Made by a program: the position numbers and the translations under genes. Below the pieces are notes generated by a model, which was not told the origin of the DNA, searched no databases, and saw only the letters and a list, made by a program, of their open reading frames with translations. From Camelus dromedarius (taxonomy: Eukaryota), in contig NC_087436.1 in NCBI RefSeq assembly GCF_036321535.1, positions 103,790,001-103,854,000 of the forward strand: a DNA stretch of 64,000 bases, written 5' to 3'. Below, in pieces: positions 1 through 13,487 of the stretch. The first letter of the stretch is position 1. Each line of letters opens with the position of its first letter.

Positions 1-390
1 TTTGTTTTGTGCCAATGACACTATTCTCAAACCTGTGCCTCTGAGACACTCTCCAAAAATCACTGACAATCAGTAAAACAAAAACAATTAACTTTCCATA
101 CAAGTAAAATGATAATAACTTCTTAAATAATAATAACCATCATAGAGTTCATGATTGCTGCATGCCAGGCTCGAAGAAGGAAACTGTTTCTTACTCACTT
201 TAGATTCTTAACACAGTTCAGTACCCAAAGATACACTCAGAAAATATTTGTTGTAGATCTGGATAAATAAATGGGTGGTGAATAGGAAGTATTAAGCTTT
301 TGGTAAGACAAAAGTTACCAAAAGTCATAGCTGGAAGGAAGGTGTTGGGAGACAGCCAGGGGTGAACCATCAAAGGACAGGAAGTGGGAG

Positions 391-1850
391 CATCATTCAT
401 GCCTTCAACAAATATAAAATCAACTACACTTCAATTGATTTCTTTTTAGCTGAGCTCCCATCATATGCCAGGCACTGTCTAGGCACTGAGGATACAGTGT
501 CAAAAATCTCTGCCCTCATGGAGCTTATATTCAGTGGATGAAAAATGGTCAATAATACAAAAAATTAGTAAAGTAGATAGGACATTGCTATGGAAGCAAA
601 GACAAGCAAGGGAGATAGGAAGTGTGATTTTATAGAGAGTGGTAACAAAAGGCTTCACTGACATGGCATTTGAGCAAAGCCTGAAACAGTTGAGGGGGAA
701 AGTCACACATACCTGGATGAAGGTGACTGACAACAAGGGGCCCTGGAGGAACAAAAAGGAGGCAAGTGTGTTTGAAGGAGTGACAGAGCGAGAAAGACAT
801 GGGAAATGAAATTGGAAGGTTTTGGCAGAGGTGCAGATCATAAGACTCTGGCAATTCTACTGAGTTGCTCAACAAAGGAAGATGTTGAGCAAATGATTGC
901 TTTGGTCTGACTTCCACACCTTCATTTCTATGTACAGACATGAGGTAGGAGAAAAAAGAACGGGATCTAGAGATCATCTAGAAGGCTGCTGCAACTCACC
1001 ACTGAAAGGGGAAAGGTAATGCTGGTTTGATGATGGGAGTGCAGATGGTAATAACTGTCATATTCTTGGAGCATTTTCCAAACAGAGCCTCCAGAAATTC
1101 CCAACCAGCTGGATATGGTTATGAAAACAGAACAAAACCAAAGGAATCAGAGATGATTCTTTACATCACTGGCCTGAACAATTAGAGTTCTTATTAGCTC
1201 ACATGGGAAGACTGGCCATGGATCAACTGGGAGGGCAGATGAGGAGTCAGGTGTAGATATGGGATGTTGGAGGGAACTATTCAATGGAGGTGCAAGCTGG
1301 GGCGTACAAGGGAGAAGCCTGGGTTAGAGACAGAAACTTCGGAGGCACCAGCTATATGTGATATTTCAAGTTCTAAGACTGGATAAGATCACCAATGAAG
1401 TGGGTATAGATGGAGAAGAGAAGAGGACAAAGAGGACAAGTCCTGAGGTCCTCCAACATTTGGAATCAAGAAGAAAAAAATTTCGCTGAAGAGAGCCCAG
1501 TGAGGTATCCCCAAGTCAGGACAGTGCTCCAGAAGCCCAGAGAAACAAGAGTTTCCAGGAGGAAGAAGTGAGCGAGAGTGATAAATGTTGCTAATAGGTC
1601 AAGTAAGACAAGAACTGAGAATCAACAGTCAGATCCAGCAGCTGTGACGTGACTGTGACAAGAGCTAATTGGATGACATGGTTGGAACGAAGTCTGGCTG
1701 ATAGAGCCTTGGGAGAGAATGGGAAGAGAATTGTAGCAGACAGTGAGAACAGACAGATCTTTCAAAGGCTTTTCCAGTAAAGGGAAGGGAATGGGAAAAG
1801 AAGAAAGAAGGAGGAAGGAAATGAGTGGTGTACCGAGGGGTAGGGGACAT
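391..1850 (-). mobile_element. LINE L2a, long 3' fragment
   Basis: Starts with the reverse-complemented L2 3' end (cattcat..caacaaatat..tgccaggcactgtctaggcactgaggatacag..tgccctcatggagcttatattc) and continues colinearly with L2a body motifs (catttgagcaaag, gactggataagatcaccaa, gctaataggtcaagtaaga). Confidence 0.85.
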
Positions 1851-2568
1851 GGAGAAGCCCACCATGGTGCAAGCAATAAGATGATGTAATATCTACAGAG
1901 AATTTTAAAACAATTTTTTAAGAAACTGACTCAAACTCAGAGCGCTTTGTATTATTACCATGGGACAAGTGTTCTAAACAATATCAACATAAAATACTCC
2001 TACTTATTAAAGCAGGCTGCTCTCTCTTGCCACCTTCACCCTTTTGGTCAATTATTAGATGGAAGAAGGGAAGGAAAGGAGTGCTTTTTAAAAAACTTAT
2101 TTTGACTTCCACATAAAATCTCTCTCTACAAATTACGGTTGGTGGGATACATGTAACATAATGACTGTCGTTAGCCCCTTCCTGGCAACAGGTACAATGG
2201 CACATTGGATCATTTTCCAGCCTCTTGATCTGGGGTCTTGAGCCATTCCTTCCTGTCTCATGAGGACTATAAATTGCCCAGACATGACTCTAACAGAACA
2301 GAACAGACCTTCAGCAGCCTCTTTCCTGTATCATGTTGAGGAAGGCATTGCTTGGCAGGTGCCATCAGTGGATCCTTATGTGTCATCATAAGTAAATGAG
2401 ATGACTGGCCCTCTGGCCTCATCCTGGCTTTGCCAATCTATTAATCAATTAATGAGCCAACAATTATTGATGGAATGCCCACCACATAGACAGTTCTGTG
2501 CTAGATGCTACAGAGAATGCCAAAAGAAATCAGAATTCTCTTTGGAAAACATAGATCTGTTTCCTTGT

Positions 2569-3003
2569 TGTAGTAGACACGACTGGGTGTCCACCAAAGT
2601 CACCCCTGATAACAGAATTGGAGCTAGTTCTTGGCTATCCAGCCAGACCACAGTTAGCTGTGGCCACAAGACCACATTACTGTGGAAGGAAAGTGAGTAG
2701 CAGAGACATGTGCGCTTCCATGCCTGGGACTTTAGACATCAGGTGTGCTTTCCCCCATTCTCTTTCCTCTTCTTCTTCCCTGGAACCCGGAACACAGCTG
2801 TGATGCAGCTTCGAGGATGCCTAAGACAATGCACAGGGGATGAAAGAGAAATGACTTAGCAAGAGCTGAGACCCCAGATGATCACACAGAACAAGCTGCC
2901 CACCTGGATGTGGAAAATGAAAGGAAATCAACACCTGTAAACTTTAAGTCCCTACTCTCAGCATCTGTTTGGGGTAGAACTTTGCATCTGTCCTAAGTAA
3001 TAT
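2569..3003 (+). mobile_element. MaLR solo LTR, MLT1J-like
   Basis: TG start, cagttagctgtggccac motif, decayed poly(A)-signal region and cctaagtaata end typical of MLT1J; highly diverged. Confidence 0.55.
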
Positions 3004-3207
3004 GATTGCCTGTCCCCCAGCTGTCCACAGCTCTTCAGTGCCTACAACATAAAGTGCTGGCTACTCAGTACAGCACATGGGGCCCTTCACTGTGCAGCCC
3101 TGTCTGGCATCGTCCTGAATTCCCAGCCCCATTTTGAGTGACATTGAATGAGTTAATGCTCTCGGAGACCCAGCACAGACTTCACATTTAAAAAAAAGTG
3201 TTCAGTA

Positions 3208-3621
3208 GATGGCCCTAGAGATTACCATACTAAGTGAAGTAAGTCAGACAGAAAAAGATAAATATCATGATATCTCTTATGTGTGGAATTTTAAAAAAAA
3301 AGTGATAAAAATGAACTTATTTACAAAACAGAAATAGACTCAGATATAGAAAACAAACTTACGGTTACCAAATGGGATGGGAGGGTGAGGGATAAATTGG
3401 GAATTTTGGATTATCAGAGACATACCACAATATATAAAATAGATAAACAAGGACCTACTGTGTAACACAGGGAACCATATTCAATATCTTGTAATAACCT
3501 ATAATGGAAAAGAATCTGAAAAAGAACATATATGTGTGTGTGTGTATCACTGAATCATTTTGCTGTATACCTGAAACATTGTAAATCAACTATGCTTCAA
3601 TTAAAAAAAAATAAATGTTTT
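3208..3621 (+). mobile_element. 5'-truncated cetartiodactyl-type L1 3' end with TSD
   Basis: ctaagtgaagtaagtcagacag..aaacaaacttacggttacc..cattgtaaatcaactatgcttcaattaaaaaaaa; TSD aagtgttcagt(a/t)gat at 3196-3210 and 3622-3636. Confidence 0.95.
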
Positions 3622-4261
3622 AAGTGTTCAGTTGATACTAACCTGAAGAAGCAGCTAGGGCCTAAAAGAATGGAAGGATGCTGGCTTTTTTTTTTCTTTC
3701 TGTCTCCTGTAGTGAGTAAACGAGAACAAAATTTCAAGATTGCATCTTTCCTCCTTAATGGAAGGGACGAAAAATAATTCTGGGCTGAGTAGGATTGGGG
3801 GAACCAGTCTGCAGGCATTTTGAATACACAGATTTTAAAAATGTGACCAACACGTTTCTCCCTTTTTCCTCAGAGAAATTCACTCCTTAACTCTCATTCA
3901 TTCCAGGAGCAGCCAGCACTGCAGTAACTCTTTCACTTCGAATTACAGACTAAGACCTTTATGTGGACCTATGATTGAGAAGGTATTTCTATCTCCTTAA
4001 CAACTAGAAAGTCTGCAGCTACATGACGTTAGGAAAAATGAATAACACCTTGGAGTCATACTTCACAATTTTCAAAATTCTTCCACATCCATAGACTCAT
4101 TTGTTTTTGTATATCTTCCTACCCCGATCCACCAGAGTTTCTACTCCACACGAGCTGGAGCATGGTAGTATTAATTTCTGTGTCTCTATTTTTATATCAA
4201 TTTATGGCAAGTCCTAAGCAAATGTTTTGTACATTTAATTGAATTTGATCCTCTGGAAAAG

Positions 4262-4347
4262 GCAAGGCAAGTAGTAACATGACTCTCAGACTGGTGAGGA
4301 AACTGAGGCTCAAAGAGGTCAAGGGACCTTCTCATACAAGGTCCCTT
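4262..4347 (-). mobile_element. MIR SINE fragment
   Basis: Core motif ggtgaggaaactgaggctcaaagagg. Confidence 0.6.
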
Positions 4348-5941
4348 CTTACGTAAGTCTTTCTTATGTAAGTTGCAGTTTGCTTATTCCTCCCTTGTTG
4401 TTGAACTTCTTCCAGGAGAAAACTTTGAGCCAGATGAGAATCTTACACATCATTTTCATTTATAGCCCATATGTCTAAGTCTTTGTTGTTGGATTTCTTT
4501 AAGCTTTAAGGTACTACACCGACTAGAGAAAAGAGAAGTATTTTTAACAATAATCTTATGAAATATCACATGCACTTGATTTTTACAAATGCAAGCAATA
4601 AACAGAGCACAGAGCGAAGGGTAAATTCTCTCTCCACTTTTCATCCAGGCTTCCCAGAGTAGCACCTTCAGTTTTCAGTTGTCCTGTTAGTAGACTAGAC
4701 TCCAATCCCTGCATTTCTCAGCCTCAGCAAATATGTCCAAGTCCTCGAGTGGTGTAAAGATGGTGGAATGCCTGACATCAAGGGACCATAATGATTTGTG
4801 AACTACAGGGGATGCCTCAAAATCAGCTTTATGGGAAACCCCCATGATCATTGTGTTATTCAAATAGGCTAACTTAATGATTTAAAAAAATTATGATATT
4901 TGGGACTGAAAAATAGAAGTTTATCTCTTGCTTGAGTAAAGTCTATCTGGATGGTCACAACCAGCCTTTCACTGACCCAAGCATCCTCCCTCTTAGGGCT
5001 CCACTCCCCTCTCAGACCTCAGCAGCCTCTTGATTCAATCAGCAGAGACTGGGGGACGAGGAGTGGAAGAGCCTGGCCTAGAAGTAACACACATCGCCTC
5101 CACTCCTATCCCAACAGCCACAACTCAGTGACTCCATCAGAACCACTTGGCAGGGATCCTGGGAAATTTTGTGTCCCAGAGGAAGAGGAAGCAGACTTGA
5201 CCCAATCTTTAACCACATGCACATACATGGAGGGAGGAAGGAAGTCTCTAATCCTAACTGTGATTGGATTCTTGACAAGTTGGTAGGTAGGCATTGCAGT
5301 TTGATTGAGTTAGATTTGAAGAAAGAAAGAAATGTGACATTTCTCAGACACCTGGATGTTTGGATTATGATGCATATTTGCCACATGCTACTGCCTTAAT
5401 TTTGCGATTTGTCAGCCCTGGATAGCACCCCTTAGCTCCTTTCCTTGCTGTGAAAAATGAAGAATTTAGTTCATTTATACTGCCCTCCACCTTCCCTCCC
5501 TGCATCACTTTTCAAATTTTGTTGGTTGTATCATCTTTCTTCTTATATTTCTTCTATGACTTGAAATATGATGAATAAACTCTGTTTCCTGGATTTTCAA
5601 CTTAAACCAGTATGTATTGATGCCTTGCTATGAAATATGAGAACATTGCTTTCTTTACTTCACCTCTTTTTCTTCTCTGTTCCTTTTTAGTTGTTATTTT
5701 TAATTGTCAAGGTTTATGACCTTTACATTCTGTTCTACACCTCTAATACCAAGTGTACCAGCTCTTACCTATATACTGATGCACAAACTGAAAATTATAA
5801 AACATTTTCACTATTATGCTTATGCAACTGTTACTTATGTAGAGTCATAGAGTGTGGGTCCAAGCTCAGAGAAGGAAATGCAACCCTATGCTACTGAAGA
5901 TTGTTGGTAAAGAACAATCTTTTTAGCATCTTACTCTAAAA

Positions 5942-6093
5942 CAATGCTTCTTAAACTTGAATTTGCACCAAATCACTCAGAATTTTGTTGCAATGCAGTT
6001 GGGTCTCAGGTAAGACCCAATACTGTGCATTTTTAACAAGCTCCCAGCTGATGCCAATAGTGCTGGTCCGTGGGCCACTCTCTGGGTATCAAG
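5942..6093. mobile_element. MER5A-like hAT-Charlie MITE
   Basis: caatgcttcttaaacttg..tgcatttttaacaagctcccagctgatgcc..gctggtccgtgggccac matches MER5A. Confidence 0.8.
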
Positions 6094-8417
6094 CCGCTAA
6101 TGGACCTTCTTTTCACATATTTTCAACTTTCTTCATTTCTGGGTCATAGTGAACCTCTAGTGTTTTGAAATCTATTATTGTCTTCCTTTCTTGAATTCCC
6201 ATTTCCATCACTCTAATTCCGCATAATCTCTGTTTTCAGTTTTCAAGTCCCTACAAAAGAATGTTGACCACTTATCCAGGGCCACTTTTTAAGTCAACAG
6301 TATGTTTTGAGATTTTTAGGTGAAAGGATTTTCACTTTGTTTAGTACCTCTGATCAGCTCACACCCATCTCTGAATCCACTCGCTCCTACTTCCCTGCTT
6401 AGAACTCCAGAGTTAAGAGAGTCCAACCTCGTTCCAATCCAATTAGTTGCAAACAAGTGACCAAAAAGTTTCTGAAACATGTCCATCAACCAAGTCAACT
6501 GCCTCCAAATCACCATCTCTATCAAAATATGTCAATTTGAGGCTTTATCTCAATGAAAAGTTTTCCTCCTTGAAATTTGGTAGTTAGACCTGGCCCATTA
6601 AAAGCACGATCCACACCCTTTTCAAGAGTATATCTCAATTTCTTACCCAGAAGAATCACTATAAAGTTGTTTTTTTCATCCCTCTGACACTAACAAATGG
6701 CACAGGGGAGAAACCATCATCTAGTCATTTTAAAAAGTCCCTCTAAAAAGGCCTATAATTCATTCTCATGCCAGAAATCACAACATTAAGAGAAATGTGA
6801 GAAATAAATCCATTTTAATGAGAAATGTTGTTATGAGAAAGAAAAAAAGTATGCAGTTAACACATTTTTAAATAATATTAAAATAATGCTGGGGTATACT
6901 CTGGCCTGCACATCTTGAGATATGATTAGTCATTTTTTTTTCTTTATTCCACAAACCCTGATCACACAAAAGCAATTACGAGAAAATGTGTAATAAAACA
7001 GCAGGCGATACCGAATGGAATTCAGAAAACTGCCTAAGGGGAGAAAAAAAAGGAGATTCATTCATTGCTAAGCATCCCTAAACACTATACTTTAGGAAGA
7101 GTAGTGAATATTAATTTTAAATATTTAGAAACTCGAGGTATGTTGAATACAGATCATCCCCCGCCCCTTCATTCTCAGACTGGGAAAACTGAGTCAGCAA
7201 TCCTCAATTGCCCTAAACTTCTGCAGGATTTAACCCCAGAAGGGCACTCAGAGCACAATTTGATTTAGAAGTGTAATTACAAACACTTCTTTTACTTAGC
7301 TGAGTCACCTGGTGTGTTATTGCCCACTTCTACTAAAATTAAATGCATTAATTTTTTAAATTGAGTCAGGGAGAGTCCCATCTGCAGTGGAATCAAGGTA
7401 AATTATATTATTAAGTGTCAGAAGGTCCAAGGCACAAAATAAAACAAAATAAATATGTATAAAAGACTACCAATGCCCTAGGCAAAGAGCTAGGAAACTG
7501 TTGATCATATTATTATTTGAAGCTGTTACCAGCACTGGAATATAAAGGTTGAAGCAAAGGCTGCAAATATTTCTTTCTCCTAGCAGATAATTTTCTCCAG
7601 TGAGAAAGAAAACATACTAAAAATAGAATTGCTGTTTAGCTATTTGTTGAGATCCTGACTTTAACTTAACTTTTTAAACTACAGTTGAAGTCTAGTGGGG
7701 ACATGTGTAAGGCTCTACATTGTCACCAGGTGGCTCTTGGCTTTAGGAAACCTCACATTATTTGGTCTGCTCCCCTCATGCGGCAAAGCACTCCACCCGA
7801 CCCTCGCTTCCTAAATTTTCTCTCTATCAATAAAAACATCTTCCAAAATTAGAACTCACTAAGGTCCAGGGCACACTCTTAATTTTAGGGAAGCTTTGTG
7901 ATGACTCCCTGCCCGGGGTGTTTCCTGGAGTTGGCATGCCTTCTATTCAGGAATGGGGGAACAAACAAGTTTATGGAAGTCCCAGGACCATCGACTTCTT
8001 CCAAAGGAACACAATGTATATTACACAAAGTTATCAGCAACCTGAAAAATACTGGGCCTAGGGCAAGGAGGTTGATAAGAAGGGGAAAAGACTCAGGCAG
8101 GAAAAAGAAATGACTAGCCAGAAAAGAACAGGATGAAAGCCCAGAGGAAAATGCAAGGAAGGAGTCCTTCCGCCAAGTGCAAACAAGTTGTCCAAGGCAC
8201 AGGAGGAGTGATGGTGCCTGAATGCATTCAAGGGGTATCTTCAGGGCATGAGGACCATGGAAAAATATCTCAACCTTTCCTGCTTCTGTTGCTTCAAAAT
8301 GGCTTCTGCTCCAATTTTTGGTGCAGTGGCTGATGAGATCCCAACAAAGCAAGTAATTCTAACTTTTACAAAATGAAGAATTCCTTGATACATCCGTGTG
8401 TCCACAGTGATTCAGGC

Positions 8418-8631
8418 CAGGAGGGTTAGCACACAATAGCACACAGGCTAACTCCAGCCTGCTGCCTGTGTTTGTAAATAAAATCCTATTGGAACACAGC
8501 CCCGCCCCTCCACTGAACTGTTATCTATGGCTGCTTTCATGCAGAGGTGAACAGTTACAACAGAAACCACGTGGCCCACAAGGCTTAAAATACTACATGG
8601 CTCCTTACAAAAAGGGGTTCGCTGACCCCAG
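8418..8631 (+). mobile_element. MER58A hAT-Charlie MITE
   Basis: tgcctgtgtttgtaaataaaatcctattggaacacagcc..tctatggctgctttc..tggcccacaaggcttaaaata..gctgacccc. Confidence 0.85.
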
Positions 8632-8799
8632 AATAGATAAGAGACCCCGCAGTCCCCAAAGCACTGTGACTGACCTTCGGATAGTACAGTGTGACTCTGG
8701 ATTTGGCCCACTGGCCCATCACTTCTACCCAACGAGGTTCTAAGACATATTTGCTGATAACATGTTATCCACTATGCATAGCGAGCATGGTCACATGAA

Positions 8800-8912
8800 T
8801 CTTAAAAGCACAGGCCCTGGAGTTGACTAGTTGTGTTCTGATCCTGACACTGCTGTGTGGCTTTGGGCAAATTGTTTACCAATTCTCTGCCACTGGTTTG
8901 TGCATCCACGAT
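8800..8912 (+). mobile_element. MIR fragment
   Basis: ttaaaagcacaggccctggagt..gctgtgtggctttgggcaaatt. Confidence 0.55.
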
Positions 8913-8919
8913 AAGCAGC

Positions 8920-9462
8920 CACTGCCCTCACCTTCTTGTACTCGCGCCCTTCTGTAATCCCTTCCTGTTGAGGATGGACCAGACATAGTGACTCCCGTCT
9001 AATAAATAAAACATGGCAAAGTGATGGCTGTCACTTCTGAAACTGGGTTACAAAGACTAAGACTTCTGTCTTGCTTGCCTCTCTGTTCTCTCTTGCTTGT
9101 TCTGATGGAAGCCAGCTGCCATGTGGGGAGATGCCACATGAAGAGCTGCATTTGGCAAGGAACCAAGGGAGGCCTCTGGTCAACACCCAACAAGGACCTG
9201 AGACCCTCAGTACAATAATCTACAAGGAACAAATTCCTCCCAGCAACCATATCAGTGAACTTGGATTCAGCCAAGTCCTGCGATGACCACAGTCCCAACT
9301 GACACCTTGAATGCAGCTTCGTGAGAGACCCTGAATCAGAAGTACCCAGCCAGGATGTGACTGGATTCCTAGACCCCAAAAACTCTGAGATAGTAACTGT
9401 TTTGTTGTTGTAAGCAACTATGTTTTGTGATAATTTGTTATGCAGCAATAGCTAACAACTAC
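8920..9462 (+). mobile_element. MaLR solo LTR, MLT1F/E/G-like
   Basis: atggcaaagtgatggctgtcacttc, gaagccagctgccatgt, gacaccttgaatgcagcttcgtgagagaccctga, taatttgttatgcagcaatag. Confidence 0.85.
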
Positions 9463-9728
9463 TGTTATAACAAGTAAATGCATACATAGAAAGCATACAC
9501 AATTATTCCTGCCAGATGCCCAACAAATGTTATCTATTATTAGGTGAAAGTCTTGTTTTCTTAGTTCATTTCTACTTTCATTGTTTCGATTAAAGTGCAG
9601 TAGTTGGGACCACAAGCTAAGTACATCAATTTGGCAAGTCAGCTCACCTCTCTGAAATCAGCAGCCTCACTTATAAATGTGGATAAGAGAATGGTATCAA
9701 ACTCAAGATTTTCATATGTATTACATGA

Positions 9729-10155
9729 TGCATTCATTTGCGAGGGCTGTCATTCACAATATATCACAGACTGGGTGGCTTCTTAAACAACATAAACATA
9801 TTTTCCCATAGTTTTGGAGGCTAGAGGTCCAAGATTAAGGTACCAACAGATTTGGTCTCTTCCTGAGGCCTCTACCCTTGGCTTTCAGATGGTCACCTTC
9901 TCCATGTGTCCTCACATGGCCATTTCTGTATGTGGACGTATGTCTGGCACCTCTCCCCTCTCTCTCTTTTTCTCTCTATCCTAATCTCTATGGTGACACT
10001 AGTCATATGGGATTAGAGTTCACCCTAACATTCTCATTTTAACTAATCACCTTTTTAAAAGCCTTCTTTCAAAATATAGTCATATGCTGAGGTACTAGGG
10101 GTTAGGGGTTTAACATATGAATTTGGGTTGAGGGGGACACTTTTGGCCCATAACA
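9729..10155 (-). mobile_element. MaLR solo LTR, MLT1A/B-like
   Basis: cacagactgggtggctt..ggaggctagaggtccaagattaagg..tgaggtactaggggttagg..cccataaca; 5-bp TSD catga/catgg (9724-9728, 10156-10160). Confidence 0.9.
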
Positions 10156-10531
10156 CATGGATAATCCAAGGAAATAACTTGGAAAAGTATGAAGCCCATA
10201 AAAGGTGCAAAACCCAAGTGAGCTCTTATTAGTATTCTTTCCAGGATATACGGAATGCAGGATTTTTAAGCTGCAAAGGTCTGTAAAGGCCCCAAAGTCA
10301 AAACCCCTTACTTCAGAGATGAACAACCTATAGAATTCCATGTTAATCATAGTGAGGAAAGAGAAACGCAGGACATTTATGAAGCATCCCTAGAAATGTG
10401 CTCAATATTTTCTCTGTCTCACTCTGTTCTTTTGCTCATGTTAGAGCCTAGAGCGTGGTAATTGCCAGATCATGACTCTGCTAGCATTCAGATTTTAGTT
10501 CTAGACCCACCAGATAAGGAAAGACGAGGGG

Positions 10532-10883
10532 GTAGTAGTCATGAATGCTGTGCTGTTTGCCAAATATTTCTGACTTTGTCTTCCTGGCCACTTGTGATTG
10601 GTGGGTCACGTGACTAGTTCTGGCCAATGAGTTGTAAGCAAAAGCATAGGCATCTTCTGAGCCAGCGTGAGATTCTGCTGTTTAACTGTGCCACAGTTTC
10701 TGACAATATTCAAGACAGTGATTTCTCAGGAGACCAAGATGAGCAGATCTCCCACTTTCTCTCTCATCCAAAAATCTGCAATGGGCATATATCCTGAATG
10801 AGAAATAAGCCTTTATACTTTAAGACACTGAGTTCTGGGGATGTTTGTTACCAGAACAATCTTGATGTATCCCCACTAATAAA
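10532..10883 (+). mobile_element. MaLR solo LTR, MLT1I-like
   Basis: cacgtgactagttctggccaatga, tgagaaataagccttt..taagacactgagttctggggatgtttgttacc. Confidence 0.75.
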
Positions 10884-11119
10884 CAAGAGCCATTCTTTTT
10901 CTGGACTACTCAAGTATTGTTCAACATGTTTCTTTCAATACTACTGTAATAAAAATTTTTAACCTAATTTAACAGAGAAAAAGAATAGTTTACAACAGTA
11001 CTCTAAGCCTGACCTTAATTTGTACAACTGTTAATATTAGCATCTGTTCATTTTTAATAATTACAACAATGCTACTTTCATCTGTAAGAGGGTTTTGTTC
11101 TCTTACTAACACTTCTTAC

Positions 11120-12120
11120 TGATTCCAAAAGTAAAATATGTTTATTGAAGAAAATATGAAAATACAAAGAGCATAAGTAGAAATTTAAAATCACTCATAA
11201 TCCCCAAACTCAGAGATTACCACGATTAGTTTGGGGCACATGCCCTCCTGTCTTTAAAGTGGGAACCACATGTTCTGTTTATCTTTCTGAACTTCTACTT
11301 CACTTAACAATGTATTGTCAACATTTCTCCTTATCATTAAATATTCTTCTCCATCATTTTAATGGCTGAATAGTGTTTCATCACATGGCTGCATAAAGAT
11401 TTGTGCAATCAGTCTCTTATTGTTGAATACTTAATTGCTTCTTATCATTTTCTCAAAATCAATATTTTCCTGCATGTATAATAATTTTCTCAAGACCAGT
11501 TTCTAGAAATTAAACTGTTGCACCAAACACTATGCAAAATTTAAAACTTTTTCACCTATTTTGCCAAACTGCACTTTAGCAATGTACATTGTACATTTCA
11601 CAGTCCGTCCAGTGATATTTGAGAGTATCTATTTCTTACATGCTCATCAACACTAGAAATTCACCAGCATTGTCTCAAATGTGAAAATCAGTTTCAAATT
11701 TCTTTAAGTCCTAAATGCCTTTCTTATCCCATCATCAAAAATATATTTACCTATATTTTCTTCCAGATCTTTTATTATTTTATTTGTTAAAATTTCCTTA
11801 GGTAAGTCAACTGAGTTTTGATTTTGATTTGCTTTGATTTTTTTGTTTGTTTTTAGTGTATAATGTGAAAGACAGATTTGACTTAGTTATTTTACCAAAT
11901 GGCCACTTTTTTTCTAAGACGTCTACAAAATAAACTATTCTCTATATATTTAGATCTGGTACTTGGTTTGTATCAGTTACATCATGTTTTAATTACTGAG
12001 ACTTTTTTTTAGTATTTTATTAATGTCTAAAAATGCATACAGACACATGCATACACCCCAAGGTTAGTCATTATTTTTCTTTCTCAAATTCATCTTTCAG
12101 TTCTTCAGAGTATTTTAATT
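11120..12120 (-). mobile_element. Ancient L1 (L1ME-like) 3' region
   Basis: aaatcactcataatccc..ttcacttaacaatgtattg..ttttaatggctgaatagtgtttcat pattern of old L1ME antisense 3' ends; heavily decayed. Confidence 0.6.
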
Positions 12121-12995
12121 TCTGTTCTCCTCTTTTGTTGCTCACATGAGATGGGACAACAAAGACCTGGGGCTTTTATGTTAGGGGCAACCCCAGAGCA
12201 GCTGCTAGTAGAACCATCAGTGAAGGAAGCTTTTGACAAGTTCTGTAGGACAGCTGGCGGCATGATCAGGGCTATCAGCTGGAGTTTCTTCTTCCCAAAT
12301 GAGGTTTCATCCTTTCAGCCTGAAAGATATTTACTTTGTTCCCTAACATTAGCCTGTACAGTGGCCAGGATAGCATCCCTGTCATTCCCATGACAGAGTA
12401 GGAGAAATACACAAATAAAGAGGCAATTACTACACACTGTGATCAACTGCTGCAGTAGAGGTAAGCACAGGACTTCCTGAGAGCATGTACTTTTAACAAA
12501 AAGTTGACTAAGTAATCACAAGTAGCCAGGCCACCCTTTGGCAGGTCACAAACAAATGTACTGAAAGTCTGTCCCTTCTACAGAAGAGTCAGGATTTTTC
12601 ATCCACCAAGTCCCACAGTAGGGCAGCAGTTTTAGAATTCTGGGTGATGCCAATAAAATGCTATAATTATCTGCTTTCACCATGGATTTTATTAGGCATG
12701 CATCACTACAAATATAAATGCTAAATAATTTACTTAAGGCACTTTTTTCTTTACTGGAAATACCATGCATGATTAATTTTGTCCTTGGTAGTGAGATGCA
12801 AACTGAATTGTTTTTATCTAATTGGCAGTTCCCTTCAACAGCTTATTTTCATTAGTAAGCACTTGTCATTGTTTTTCTCGATACAAAGTAAACATCATAA
12901 TGATTCCAAATGTTTTTAGGAATGAGATGAGATTTGCTGCCTCTGACACCAAAGAGAAGCAATTTCATAGACAGCCCCCTGAGGAATATGAACTA

Positions 12996-13140
12996 GGACC
13001 TTGCTATTCATAAAGTGGTCAGCTCCCCTCAAGAGCTTGTTAGAAATACAGAAATTCAGACCCCATACCAACCTACTATAGCAGAATCTTGTAACAAAAA
13101 CCTCAGTGATTATATGCACACAGAATATGAGAAGTTCTGG
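12996..13140. mobile_element. MER5A/B hAT-Charlie MITE
   Basis: gagcttgttagaaatacagaaattcagacccc..acctactatagcagaatct..gtgattatatgcacac..tgagaagt. Confidence 0.75.
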
Positions 13141-13487
13141 CCTAGAAGACATAGGAAGAACTCATGGCCCCAAATATCTTCCTTTCCTCCTTATTCCATC
13201 ACAATAGATTGTGGCTTAGCCACTGAGGAGCTGTCCTTGAGGGGCCACCAGTCCAATGCTGTTAAAATGTCCATCCAAGGAAGGAGCCAACTCAAGTCTA
13301 ATTTTTTTTTAATGTGGAAAATTAAAATATCTAACATTATGTATTTGCTAATTTTTAGATTCTTCCATGTAATAAATACCTTTCAACTATGAAATAAATA
13401 CTATAATATATTAATAGGCAATAAATGGCCATCACACTGTTGTAAGATACTTTGTTAGAGACATTCCTGGGTCCCTCTCATGTTTGT

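Noticed and set aside
7885..8352. 155-aa minus-strand ORF
   Set aside because: Leu/Phe/Ser-rich antisense reading of purine-rich DNA; no domain recognised.
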